Below are positions 35,217 through 45,371 of a DNA stretch of 64,000 bases, one piece after another. Source of the DNA: Fistulifera solaris (taxonomy: Eukaryota). The notes beneath the pieces are model-generated. The model had not been told where the DNA came from and did no database searches. It saw nothing but the letters and a program-made list of their open reading frames with translations. Position 1 is the stretch's first letter, and the number at the start of each line of letters is the position of its first letter. The position numbers were made by a program, and so were the translations under genes. Location: positions 682,001 to 746,000 of the forward strand of contig AP026137.1 of the NCBI GenBank assembly GCA_030295235.1, given 5' to 3'.

Positions 35217-38200
35217 ATGAGTAGCGACAGTGACTCGGAGATTGAATGCTGGGATGCCGGAAAGCCACCCGCGTCGACCTCATCTCGTGCGACTAACGTC
35301 CCCCCCTGCGAGAGGAGCCGACAATGCTGATGTAGAACGTTCATCCAGGCCCACACATCCCTCACCTAATTCTACTCGGAAAAGAAAGCTATCGGATGTG
35401 CTTCCTGCTGCGCAGCGTCAAGAATCGTCACAAAAGCCTCCGCCAAGGCGCCCGGCTAATAACGATCTGATCGATTTGACCGAAGACAACATTGAAGTCG
35501 ACAGTCCCAACGAGCGTGATTCTGATAGCGAGAGTAGTAGCGATACAGAGGTAGGGCAAGAATTACCGAAAGCGAAAGCGGCTGCTGCGGAAAGAGTAGC
35601 GGAGGATGCGCCCAGGAAACCAGCCTCTTCATCTGTTGAAAAGCCGACTGGGCCATCTTTGTCCCGTCACTCAAAGTCTTCCCAACAATCTACTTCGGAA
35701 GCGCAAAAGGAAGACGTTATTGATTTGACTTTTGATGAAGATGATTCTTCGGTCGATTCCCATGGCTCTCCGCCTCGTGTTGAAACTCAGGAACCTGCAG
35801 TTGCACCTTCACATGTCAAGCCGGCGAGCTCAAAAGCCCCTTCGGCGGATGATGATTCTTCGTCGTCCGACGGCAGCTGGCTAAAACCCAGAGCCTCCAC
35901 CCCGAAAAAGCTGGTTTTTCTGCAAAGCAGCGACGAATCGTCTCAATCATCTTGGTCTTCGCTTGGTGTCGGAGTGAAAAACAAAGCGTCATTGGCGAAA
36001 ATTAAAGCGGCTCGGCCCAGACGGAATTTTCTACGCGACGATGATGACAGCGACTCGACTTGTTCCACTATTGCTTCGCAACACACGCAACCGGTGTACG
36101 GCGCCAAGAAAGCAGATACTCGCGTTGAAATGGTAATTGATCTTCTTAATAACGACGACAGCGACTCGTTTTGTCTATTGATCGCCTCGCAAAAATCTGC
36201 TTTACAAAGCCAAGGCGACGAGAACGATTTACCAGCAGATCGCCACGCCCTTCATGGTTCTGTGAGTGGAAGTATGAGAAGTGTCACGGACTCGCCTGCT
36301 CGGAGTGATACTAGCGCTAGCTTGATCGACGAAAGGCTTGAAGTAATGATCACTAAGCCGAAAAAGAAGGTGAGATCTTGCAAAGGTACGAGGACGACAG
36401 CACCGAGAGCTGAGATCGGTGATAGTGACTCCGATCGGCATGCTAGCTTGTCCGTTGGTTTAGATATATCAGGTCAGCGAAACGAATATGTTCACACTAC
36501 GACGGACAATAGAAACAGATCCGAAGGTGTCAGAAAACAAGTTAGACCCTGTAAAGGCACGAGGACAGTACCACCCGCAAGTGACATCGATGATGGTGAC
36601 ATTGGCCGGAATGCAAGCTCTTTCGTTCCTTCCGAGATGTCAAATCAGCGAAACGACCGTACTGAAATTGATACGGACAATAGAAACATGCACAATGGTA
36701 TTATAAAGCAAGTGAGACCTTGTAAAGGTACGAGGAAAACAGCACCCGAAACTAACATCGATAATGTTGACAAACAAATTGATCGGATTAAGAGCTCGTT
36801 TGTCGGCCAGCCAAACGAATGTTCTGATATTACGCCAGAACATCGAACCAATGATGGTCAGAAAAAGTCGACGCCGCACAAAGAGTTACAGACAATAAGA
36901 CCACCTGTCGAGTCGGATGAGATTGATAGCGATTGGAATGGGAGCTCTTCTGTTCGTTCGGATGTGTCAAATCAGCTAAATGAAAGTTCTGATATGATAG
37001 CGGACACGAGAAATATTCCCAGCAGTGTTTTGAAACAAGTGCGACCTTTAAAAGGGACTGAAAAATTAGTTGCTGAGACAGAAGAGATTGACTCAGATTG
37101 GGAAACAGATGTGTCCCAGGAGTTTGAGGAGAACGAAGTGGATTTCGCGGCTTGCCTAGCTTCAGTTTGTAGAGCGACTGGTACCAAAGGCCACCCCATT
37201 CGATATTACTCTGTTTACGGAGGTGATGATGGTAAGAAAAGTGCACAGTTTGACATTTTTAGGGCCATCTCATGTGAAGTTCTTTTCAAAGATGTCCTAT
37301 ACGATTTCCGCTTGTTTGTTGACAAATCAAATATACCCAATGCAGGAATGGGTGCCTTTTTAACCTACATGGGAGCTCGGAAAATAAACAGGAACTCCGC
37401 AACGTATAAGCTCTGTACTGAACTCTTCGTTGAATACGATCATGAAGAGCCCGAGACTTTGTCGCACCTTGTTGCCATTATGCCAGATGGCATGACGAAA
37501 ACGGTGAAGCTTAATGGAGACAATCTGCATGCGAATTACAACTGCATATATTATCCATCGACGAAAAGAGATCAACGCAAAACCCTTTCGACTAAAATTA
37601 ATGACAAACAGATAAGGATCAAGGTCGTGGGAGAATGTCTGGATACTTTTCACGAACTGAAAGATCGACCAAAAGATGGAATCGGACACTTGGGGATGTA
37701 CCGCGAAGAGGAATACGAGCATGTGTCAGGAGTACATTGCAACCCGAACCTGTTTATTGAACTAGACGCGCCGTATGCTCCGTTGAGTCCGAGTGGTGAG
37801 TGATTCACACAGAGTAGAAGGACTTTATTGACATTCATCTCACTCTTACATCTCAAGATCGAAAAACGGCAACACTATTTGATATCAAATCATTTCTTTT
37901 CGACAATGAACCTTCGGCGTGGGCTTTCGATGTCGAGGGAGAAGATACTAGGGCAAGTGCAAATTTGTGACATCACAGACGATACGACGGGAGAGCCACA
38001 TTTTTACGCGAGATCGGAAATCCCCATGTACGTCAATGAAGTCGGTCACTCTGGCTTAGAAGCGAATGTTTATGTAAAGGAGACACAAAACCGCATCCCC
38101 AAATATTTCATCAAGCTGAACAGTGCTATGAAGCCAGGGGAAACGGTGGAATTGCTCACCGATTACAAAAAACAGTACGAAGGAATACGTGTTCGAAAAG

Positions 38201-39899
38201 GCTACGGCTTGAAGAATATTCACCGGGACGACAAATCGGATAAGGATCCTGCGACAAGATTGAACCGAAACCTCGATCTCCGATCCTCAATTGAGAAACT
38301 TTGTTCGACACTTTCTTTGCCAGAATTGACTCGTATTTTGAACTACGTCTCGAAAAAGGTCTGGGTACCCATTTGTGAGCTACTAAAAGAGCCGCAACAG
38401 AGTTTCCAGAGGGAGCTTCTGTTTTAAGTCCAATCCAATGGGTCGCCTTCTTAAGGATCATCTGGTTTCAAAACCAAGCTAGAACGAGACTGGGTCATCT
38501 TGTCAAGGCACTCGATAAGGGGTCAATGGTAGACATGTTTTGTGGTGGTTTCACGAAAGCATGCTCGACCTCGCTGGATAATATCCGTTTTCCGAGTGAT
38601 GTTTCGCTTTTCGATTTTCTCAATCAGGTTGAAATGAGGAGAAATCTAAAAAGTAAGATTCTCACAGCGAGTGGTGCGATCGCTCAAGAGCTAGTCGAAC
38701 AGTGTTATTATGACTTACGTGACTGCATACGGCATCCTTTCCTTACCAACATGTGGTGCCCCCTCGGTGTTAATGTTTTGAATCGTCTTGGACATGAGTA
38801 CGCCAAATTGAAACTTAAGTATTTGGAGAGATCACAAGCAGTAGACGGATCAGAGCTGGCGAAGCTTCTCATTTCAGAAGCAGCAACCTCTTCTCATGAC
38901 ATGGACAATGCAGAAACCTCTGCTTTTGAATTCAGTTCGGGGACAACCTGCGAACAAATTTCGTTGGAACTACTTCAGCGGATTTTGGGTCATGGCAAGG
39001 TGGAAAAGTCCACGGCTTTGATCGAAAGAAACGACAAGACGCCCAAGGCATTGCACGCCTTAGCGTACACACATCTATTCGAGAAACGGAATTTTAATGC
39101 CAATGAGAATATCGTTTTTTCTCCCAACAAGAAGTTTTTGGTTTTTTGCGCGACGAATGAAGTCGGGAGTCTCAAAAGTTTTGTCGCGGAAGTTGGATCC
39201 GCGGAGGCCAATCAAGAAAGTGCAGTTTTGAATCGAACATACTACAAGATCTGGCAGATTGCACATGTTTTGATGTCTTGTGCTCGTCATCATCTTGACG
39301 AAAGTGAATGCAACCATGTCGAGAGTGAAATATCCAAGATACTGGGAATTGAACGTGACTTGATAGCCAAAACCTGCGGGAAACCAATCACAATCGACAA
39401 GTCGAGGGCGGCTTATCTGTTGTATCCCGAGGTGCAGAAGATAGCTAGGGAGCAATATCGTTCTCGCGTCCGAAGAGCACGCGAAGAGCAGAAACGCCGC
39501 ACCAAGAAAATGTCTTCTTCTACGAGAAAGTCCACGAGTGCCAAGCCTACCAAAGCTAGTGGGGCTCAACCAAAGAAGCGGCCAGAAAAGAAGCCCAAGT
39601 GGAAGGCTACAACTCTTCATGCATCCACGGGAAGTGCTCGTCCTCCTGCGAAAGAGATATACGTGGGTCCTCCCCTAACCAAACTAGAACACGGAGGCCG
39701 TTCCATGCAATGGCCGAAGGGCTGGATTCAAAAGACCTTTCAACGACAAACAGGAGACTCGAAAGGCCAAACGGATTACTACTTCTATACCCCCAGCGGC
39801 AAATATAGATTACGATCGAAATTGGATGTGTTTCGGTATCTTGACAAGTTGGAGGCATGCGGTGGAGATGAAAGCAAGATTCGCCACAAGTCTGCGTAG
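35217..39899 (+). CDS. Large chromatin protein: disordered repeat-containing N-terminus, split SET-like domain, C-terminal MBD-like domain
   Basis: SET-like VDKSNIPNAGMGAF and MYVNE...ANV...MKPGETVELLTDY. MBD-like WPKGWIQKTFQRQTGDSKGQTDYYFYTPSGKYRLRSKLDVFRYL. Intron ~37796-37857. Joining the ORFs needs frameshifts near 35310, 37900 and 38420-38480. Confidence 0.65.
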
Positions 39900-39926
39900 T
39901 CTAACTCAAACATTTTTAGTTTCTAT

Positions 39927-40865
39927 CTATTCAATTTTCACCTTCGACTTTTCGTACCGTTTCAGTAAATTGTATCGCAACAATGCCGGGCAAAGAAAGC
40001 GAAGCCAAATGGCGACACGCGCGGACAACGTAGCAGCCACAGTGAAGTCAACGCTCCCCGCCGCGACTTTGGTCAATATTTCACTTGCCACGTCGTTCGC
40101 GTCGGCTCCGGCGGCAGTCGTGGCATCAGTGATACCATACGCCTTTCCAGAACCTGTGATAGCTGATTGAGATAAGTTGGTGTTAATGTAACCAGGACTA
40201 ATGCAATGAACTGAAATCTGCTGGTCCACGGCAAGTTCCGCCCGGATCGATTCGCAATAACCTTGCACGGCAAATTTCGATGCCGCATAACTACTCCGGT
40301 TGGGTAGACCCATGAGTCCTTGTACACTGCTGATCCAAATAATACGGGATCCTTTGGGCATTTTGGGTACAAAGGCTTTGCACAGAGCCGCTCCGGAAAA
40401 GAAATTGATTTGCATGAGCTGCTGATCGACATCGAGTGTAGTATCCAGGAATCGCGACCGACTCGAAACCCCACCGCAGTGGATCAACAAGTCGATGGAA
40501 GCCAGTTTTGCGAGTGTTTGCTTTGTCAATGAATTGACACTTTCTGGTTGGGAAAGATCGGCGGTGATGCAGTGAACGGTGATCGATTGGCACCGTTCTT
40601 GACACTCGCGTTGCACCTCCTCTAACCGCTCCTGGCTGCGTGCCGACAAAATCAAAGTCGACGCACCACATTCGGCCAAGGCCAACGCCAGTGACTTTCC
40701 CAAACCACTAGAAGCACCCGTAATAACGCAGGTCTGGCCTGCAAAGGCTTGTTGTGGTGTTGTCATTTGAAGAATCGACGTAACACGAGAGTGACAAGAA
40801 CGAAGCGAGAAAGCGTAGACCGACGGAAGCACAATCAAAAAGAAGAACCAGCGTAGGCTTGTCAT
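39927..40865 (-). CDS. Short-chain dehydrogenase/reductase (DHRS7B-like), with signal/plastid-targeting peptide
   Basis: Motifs ITGASSGLG, ISSVQG, YAASK and SPGYINT. N-terminal signal ending VYA-F, resembling the diatom ASAF cleavage motif. Confidence 0.9.
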   Translation of the reverse strand: MTSLRWFFFLIVLPSVYAFSLRSCHSRVTSILQMTTPQQAFAGQTCVITGASSGLGKSLALALAECGASTLILSARSQERLEEVQRECQERCQSITVHCITADLSQPESVNSLTKQTLAKLASIDLLIHCGGVSSRSRFLDTTLDVDQQLMQINFFSGAALCKAFVPKMPKGSRIIWISSVQGLMGLPNRSSYAASKFAVQGYCESIRAELAVDQQISVHCISPGYINTNLSQSAITGSGKAYGITDATTAAGADANDVASEILTKVAAGSVDFTVAATLSARVAIWLRFLCPALLRYNLLKRYEKSKVKIE

Positions 40866-40982
40866 CTAAAAGTGAACTATGTATTTCACTCAAAGATTTA
40901 CAATAACGTCTTCAAACAAGGCTTCGTTTTCATCATAGAGAACCATAAGAGAAAGAGTGAACAAGAAAAAGACGCAAAACCG

Positions 40983-41770
40983 ATGCAACGCTTCGAATGT
41001 CTACGTAATTTCACGTAGCTCTCGTAGGGAAATTTATCGACAGAGGGAAAACCCGGATATTGTCTATTTTCGATCACACCATTTTTCGCGTCTTGCGGAC
41101 ACCAAAGTCAACAAGACTTTGCCCAACATCGGTTATGCGTGCAATGAAGCAATAATCTACCTTCATTGGACTGTGAACCATGGAACAGTGAAACAATACA
41201 AAGCTTCGAATGTCTACGCGTAGTTTACGTAGCCGCCGTAGGAAATTTATCTCTGCAGGGGTACCCGGCTGTTGTGTTTTTCTCAGTCCTCCCATTCTCG
41301 TACATAAAGTGCCCAGATGTCACCGTTTCCTTGTCCACCGTATTTGCTTCGTATAAGGAAGCATTAAATGTCATCGATTCGACAACAAAATGTTGATGGA
41401 ACGAATGATGCAACGCTTCGAATGTCTACGTTATTTCACGTAGCTCTCGTAGGGAAATTTATCGACAGAGGGAAAACCCGGATATTGTCTATTTTCGATC
41501 ACACCATTTTTCGCGTCTTGCGGACACCAATGTCAACAAGACTTTGCCCAACATCGGTTATGCGTGCAATGAAGCAATAATCTACCTTCATTGGACTGTG
41601 AACCATGGAACAGTGAAACAATACAAAGCTTCGAATGTCTACGCGTAGTTTACGTAGCCGCCGTAGGAAATTTATCACTGCAGGGGTACCCGGCTGTTGT
41701 GTTTTTCTCAGTCCTCCCATTCTCGTACATAAAGTGTAAAGTGTATTTGCTTCGTATCAGGAAGCATTAA
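40983..41770 (+). repeat. Tandem duplication of a 425-bp unit, each with two ~70-nt hairpin motifs
   Basis: Near-identical units start at 40983 and 41408. The internal motif GCTTCGAATGTCTACG...ACGTAG...CGTAGGAAATTTATC...CCCGG occurs at ~40990, 41203, 41415 and 41628. Confidence 0.95.
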
Positions 41771-42100
41771 AAATGAGAAATATTAAGGGAAAGCAAGCAT
41801 ACCTTTTATTTAGCAAATAAGAAAAGAGCGCGTTCGGCATTTCTCCTGGCAACCCCCAATGCAGTTAAAACAGTCGTCCTCCTAAGGCAATTCTCAGTTG
41901 TCCATCGGTAAAATGAAGTTGCATTATCATGGGTGAAAAAGATTGTGGACTTCTAAACGGTATGGAACTTGTAAGGCGATGTCAAAATCGCTAGCTTTCG
42001 TGTCTATAGTGACAAAAGTGAACGAGCCCCGATCAAGTAGCTCTCATCTTTTCTGCCATTCTTCGTTTGTTTCGTTGATCAGCTGCTTACGCTTGTTTTC

Positions 42101-43048
42101 TCATCCATTCCATTTGAGTAAGACGCCCACCGGTATATGATCCGACGGTACTTGTTCGTTGGGCCAGGACTGTAGAGGATACGTCCCATCGCGACGACGC
42201 ACAACATTGCCGTATCTCCACCGATCTTCGACCCGCAAGACCGACGATACCCAAATATAATCGAGGATCGAACCCCCGGCAAACGTAGGTTGTTGTTGAG
42301 ATGCTTGTGTGTCAATGAGCGGCAATAGTTGCTGCGCCCACGACGGCGCTTCGAGCCAAATCTTTTGATGATCCCAGGGCAACGCTTGCGGTATCCGCCC
42401 CGTGGCCAGTATTTGGTAAATCGGATGAGCCGCTGCTTCCCACAGATTAAAATCTCCCGTTATTATCAAAGGAGCGGATTGATTTCGTTCGCTTTGATGA
42501 TAGTGCACCCGCTGCAAGAGCGATTTGAGTTGATTGAATCTCGTTTCATCTTTGTCCGCTCCCGCTTCCAAATGTACACAAGCCACATACCAAGGCTGAC
42601 CCGAAGTGCGGTGCTTCAAAATACACAGTAAGGCCCGTGATCGTGATTCCGTATGAACGACCTTCCAGTGTGTGCTTCGTACGAGAATCGCACACGCGAC
42701 GGGATGATGAGCGACGTGTTGTAAAATAGTCGTATGCGTGTCCTGAAATGCGGCTCGCAAGTCTTCCCATTTATCAACTTGCACTTCTTGTAAACAGATA
42801 AAGTCATTGGTTGGCGATTGCTTCAAAATATCGATAATGAGCGGTTGACGATACGACCAATCCAGATGATCTTTAGAAGAATATTTGGGAGCGACCGCGT
42901 ATTGCGGTGCCAGTAGATTCCATGTAACGATTCCGACGCTTTGAGAAGACGATGGTATTAATGCCGTAGCTATAGAACAGATGAAAAAAGTCAAGAGGCA
43001 TAGCAGAATCATTGTGGAAAATGCTTTACGCCACATTTTGTGTCGCAA
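42101..43048 (-). CDS. Endonuclease/exonuclease/phosphatase (CCR4/nocturnin/Angel-like)
   Basis: Motifs VTWNLLA, DFICLQEV, CVHL, ITGDFN, LDYIW and PSDH. Hydrophobic N-terminus. Confidence 0.88.
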   Translation of the reverse strand: MRHKMWRKAFSTMILLCLLTFFICSIATALIPSSSQSVGIVTWNLLAPQYAVAPKYSSKDHLDWSYRQPLIIDILKQSPTNDFICLQEVQVDKWEDLRAAFQDTHTTILQHVAHHPVACAILVRSTHWKVVHTESRSRALLCILKHRTSGQPWYVACVHLEAGADKDETRFNQLKSLLQRVHYHQSERNQSAPLIITGDFNLWEAAAHPIYQILATGRIPQALPWDHQKIWLEAPSWAQQLLPLIDTQASQQQPTFAGGSILDYIWVSSVLRVEDRWRYGNVVRRRDGTYPLQSWPNEQVPSDHIPVGVLLKWNG

Positions 43049-43669
43049 AAATAATGGCGGGTGTGCTCGTGAGTGAGAAAAATCTACTAATAGGGCTGGT
43101 TACTTCTTCGAAGGTCCCCTCGTTCAAATAGTACATATTTCTACGTTAATACATTACAATATTATAGTCGAAACTTGTTTTGGTCAATCGACCTCCGCCG
43201 CGATAAAAGCACGACGACCATGGCGAAATGCCGTTCATGTTCCTACAACTTTTGTTAAAGGCAGCGCATTTCTCTCAAAATTGGGATATATGATTCTCTC
43301 ATAGTAGTTAAGCAACTGGCTTGAAATGAGAGAAATCGGCGCCACTACGATCGAGTTTTCTGGTTTCACGTCGATTTTCTACGGCGAAAAAGCACGGGTA
43401 GAATCGAATCATGACCATTCTTTAACACCCGATTGACTCTGATAAAATTAAAACATCCATTGGAACCGCTTAATTCTAATCGTATGATAACGATAAAAAC
43501 AATTTCAAGAAAAGCATTGTTTAATTGATCGGCGCCTCATCATGTTTAGCCGTGATTTGTGCGGTATTTTACCATGGTGAGTTTTTTTGGATGATTCGGT
43601 TACTGTAGATTCGAGTGTACGCTTACGGAGCTATCGCGACAGGACGTCCCTGCGTGTAACCAGCCCTTA

Positions 43670-43855
43670 AATGACGTGAAAAACCGCGTATCCACATTTT
43701 CTGTAGACGTGAAAACATCACGACCCCACATTTTCTGGATACCTGTACGTGAAAACACCATTCCCCCACATTTTGGAAACAATAAGTGAAAACAACACGC
43801 GCCCACATTTTCTGGGCACGTCATAACATTACACACCCATATTTTCTGTGGACGA
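43670..43855 (-). repeat. Degenerate ~32-bp minisatellite (CCAGAAAATGTGG...TGTTTTCACGT), third tract
   Basis: The plus strand shows five units of ACGTGAAAA(C/A)...CCACATTTTCTG(G), the same family as 19845-20129. Confidence 0.8.
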
Positions 43856-43930
43856 GAATAAGCGCCAGATTGTTCAACGACTATAAAACTCTTTTTTATT
43901 TTTAGCACAAATTATAATGACCATGACAAC

Positions 43931-44845
43931 ATGCTACCTTACCAACCTCTCTTCCTACAACTAGTGCTGCTCGCAACATGTTGGTCTTACGGAACCGCAC
44001 TCGCCGGTTCCGCTGCGCAACCATTACAGAAACAAAAGATTGCCGTTTTGGGCGGCGGCGGATACACGGGCGGTCTCGTCTTTGGCTTTCTGCAACGCGC
44101 GGGTTCCTTGTACGGAACCGGCATTGATCGATCCGTCCGGTGTTTGGGTGCCACGCAAGATACGGCGGTGCAATTGAATCGAATCTTGTCGAAGCATTTT
44201 TGTTTAGCCATGGCCGATGAGTCCTACATCAAACTCACCAATCTTCAAGATCCGGCGTCGATTGCCAGTCGATTGGAAGGATATGATGCACTTGTGCTGG
44301 GGACTGGGTGGGAGACCAAGGTTCGACCCGTCACACCGAACACGTACGAGACTACACCGAATGACAAGACGGTTGAGTTGTACTGGCAAGGAACTGCAAA
44401 TGATAATCCAAATGAAGCCAGCCAGGAAGCCTTACAAATCGTCCAGAACGTGATACAAGCATCTCCACATTTGAAACATATTGTTGCATTAGATCCAAGT
44501 GGATCATGTTTGCCTCTATTACAAGACGGATCGGTACCCTTTACTTGTCTGCAAACCTCTAGTCCGCTTCTTAGCACCAAAGACTACACTTACCGCAAAG
44601 GTGTTCAAACTTCGCTGTCCATTGCATCATTAAGTCCTAGCTCCGACCCGCTGTACATCGAAGATTTGGCGGCGCTGGCCGTGCAATGTCTGTTGAGTTT
44701 GGATTGGGGTACGAGTCGATCCTTGCAAGTGTCGCGAGCTACTGCAGTCCTCCCTCCGACCAACCCCAAGCGGCCCGATCAAGAGTGGTGTGTCAATTCG
44801 TATCAACTGGAAGCGGCCTTGCGTGCTACTGCGAGTGTCAAGTAG
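43931..44845 (+). CDS. Atypical Rossmann-fold (NAD(P)-binding-like) protein with signal peptide
   Basis: KIAVLGGGGYTGG dinucleotide-binding motif, N-terminal signal, and LYIEDLAALAVQCL. Confidence 0.65.
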   Translation: MLPYQPLFLQLVLLATCWSYGTALAGSAAQPLQKQKIAVLGGGGYTGGLVFGFLQRAGSLYGTGIDRSVRCLGATQDTAVQLNRILSKHFCLAMADESYIKLTNLQDPASIASRLEGYDALVLGTGWETKVRPVTPNTYETTPNDKTVELYWQGTANDNPNEASQEALQIVQNVIQASPHLKHIVALDPSGSCLPLLQDGSVPFTCLQTSSPLLSTKDYTYRKGVQTSLSIASLSPSSDPLYIEDLAALAVQCLLSLDWGTSRSLQVSRATAVLPPTNPKRPDQEWCVNSYQLEAALRATASVK

Positions 44846-45371
44846 AAGCATGGAATGATACAACTGTTACAGCAGTGAGTATCTGCAATGTTTTTCATGG
44901 GTATTATCATGAGTTAACTTCCATCTATCGACACACAAACTAATTAACTTTTTATGCATTCGTGTAGTATCCAGCTTCCACTGGACATCTGACTCACCTT
45001 AGGCAACCACCTTCTACAACGAATTTGGTGCTTGGGAAGCATCTGTTTTACAGGTGTTCCTAGGTTCTTAAGAACGAAAAGTAAATTCACATGTTATATG
45101 TTATATGAATTCGTGTAGTAGCTAAAGCATCAAATTAGAAGAAACTAGTCTAGGTCATGCATTCATAGCTGATAAACATTTACGAAGAGAAGAAATACCA
45201 GTCATGAATAGTTTAGGTGGGATTGCCTGACGGTGAAAAACGAGAGGTGGAGAAAACGCCTCTCATCACTTTTCCTGTCGCATAAAACAGAAAAAGAATA
45301 AGGGCAACAAAGCAGCGCAAAAAGAAATTGTATTACAACCGAAACTGCAACACAGAACAATTACAATAACA

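Noticed and set aside
41074..41720. Duplicated ORF MGGLRKTQQPG...
   Set aside because: It lies within the 425-bp duplication, has no recognisable domain, and homologous motif copies at 6.3 kb do not keep the frame.
18842..43048. Apparent nucleic-acid/chromosome gene cluster (SNase, glycosylase-like, LIG4, REX4, NUF2, SET-MBD, EEP)
   Set aside because: These are mixed pathways interspersed with unrelated genes, which is compatible with chance in a gene-dense genome without synteny evidence.
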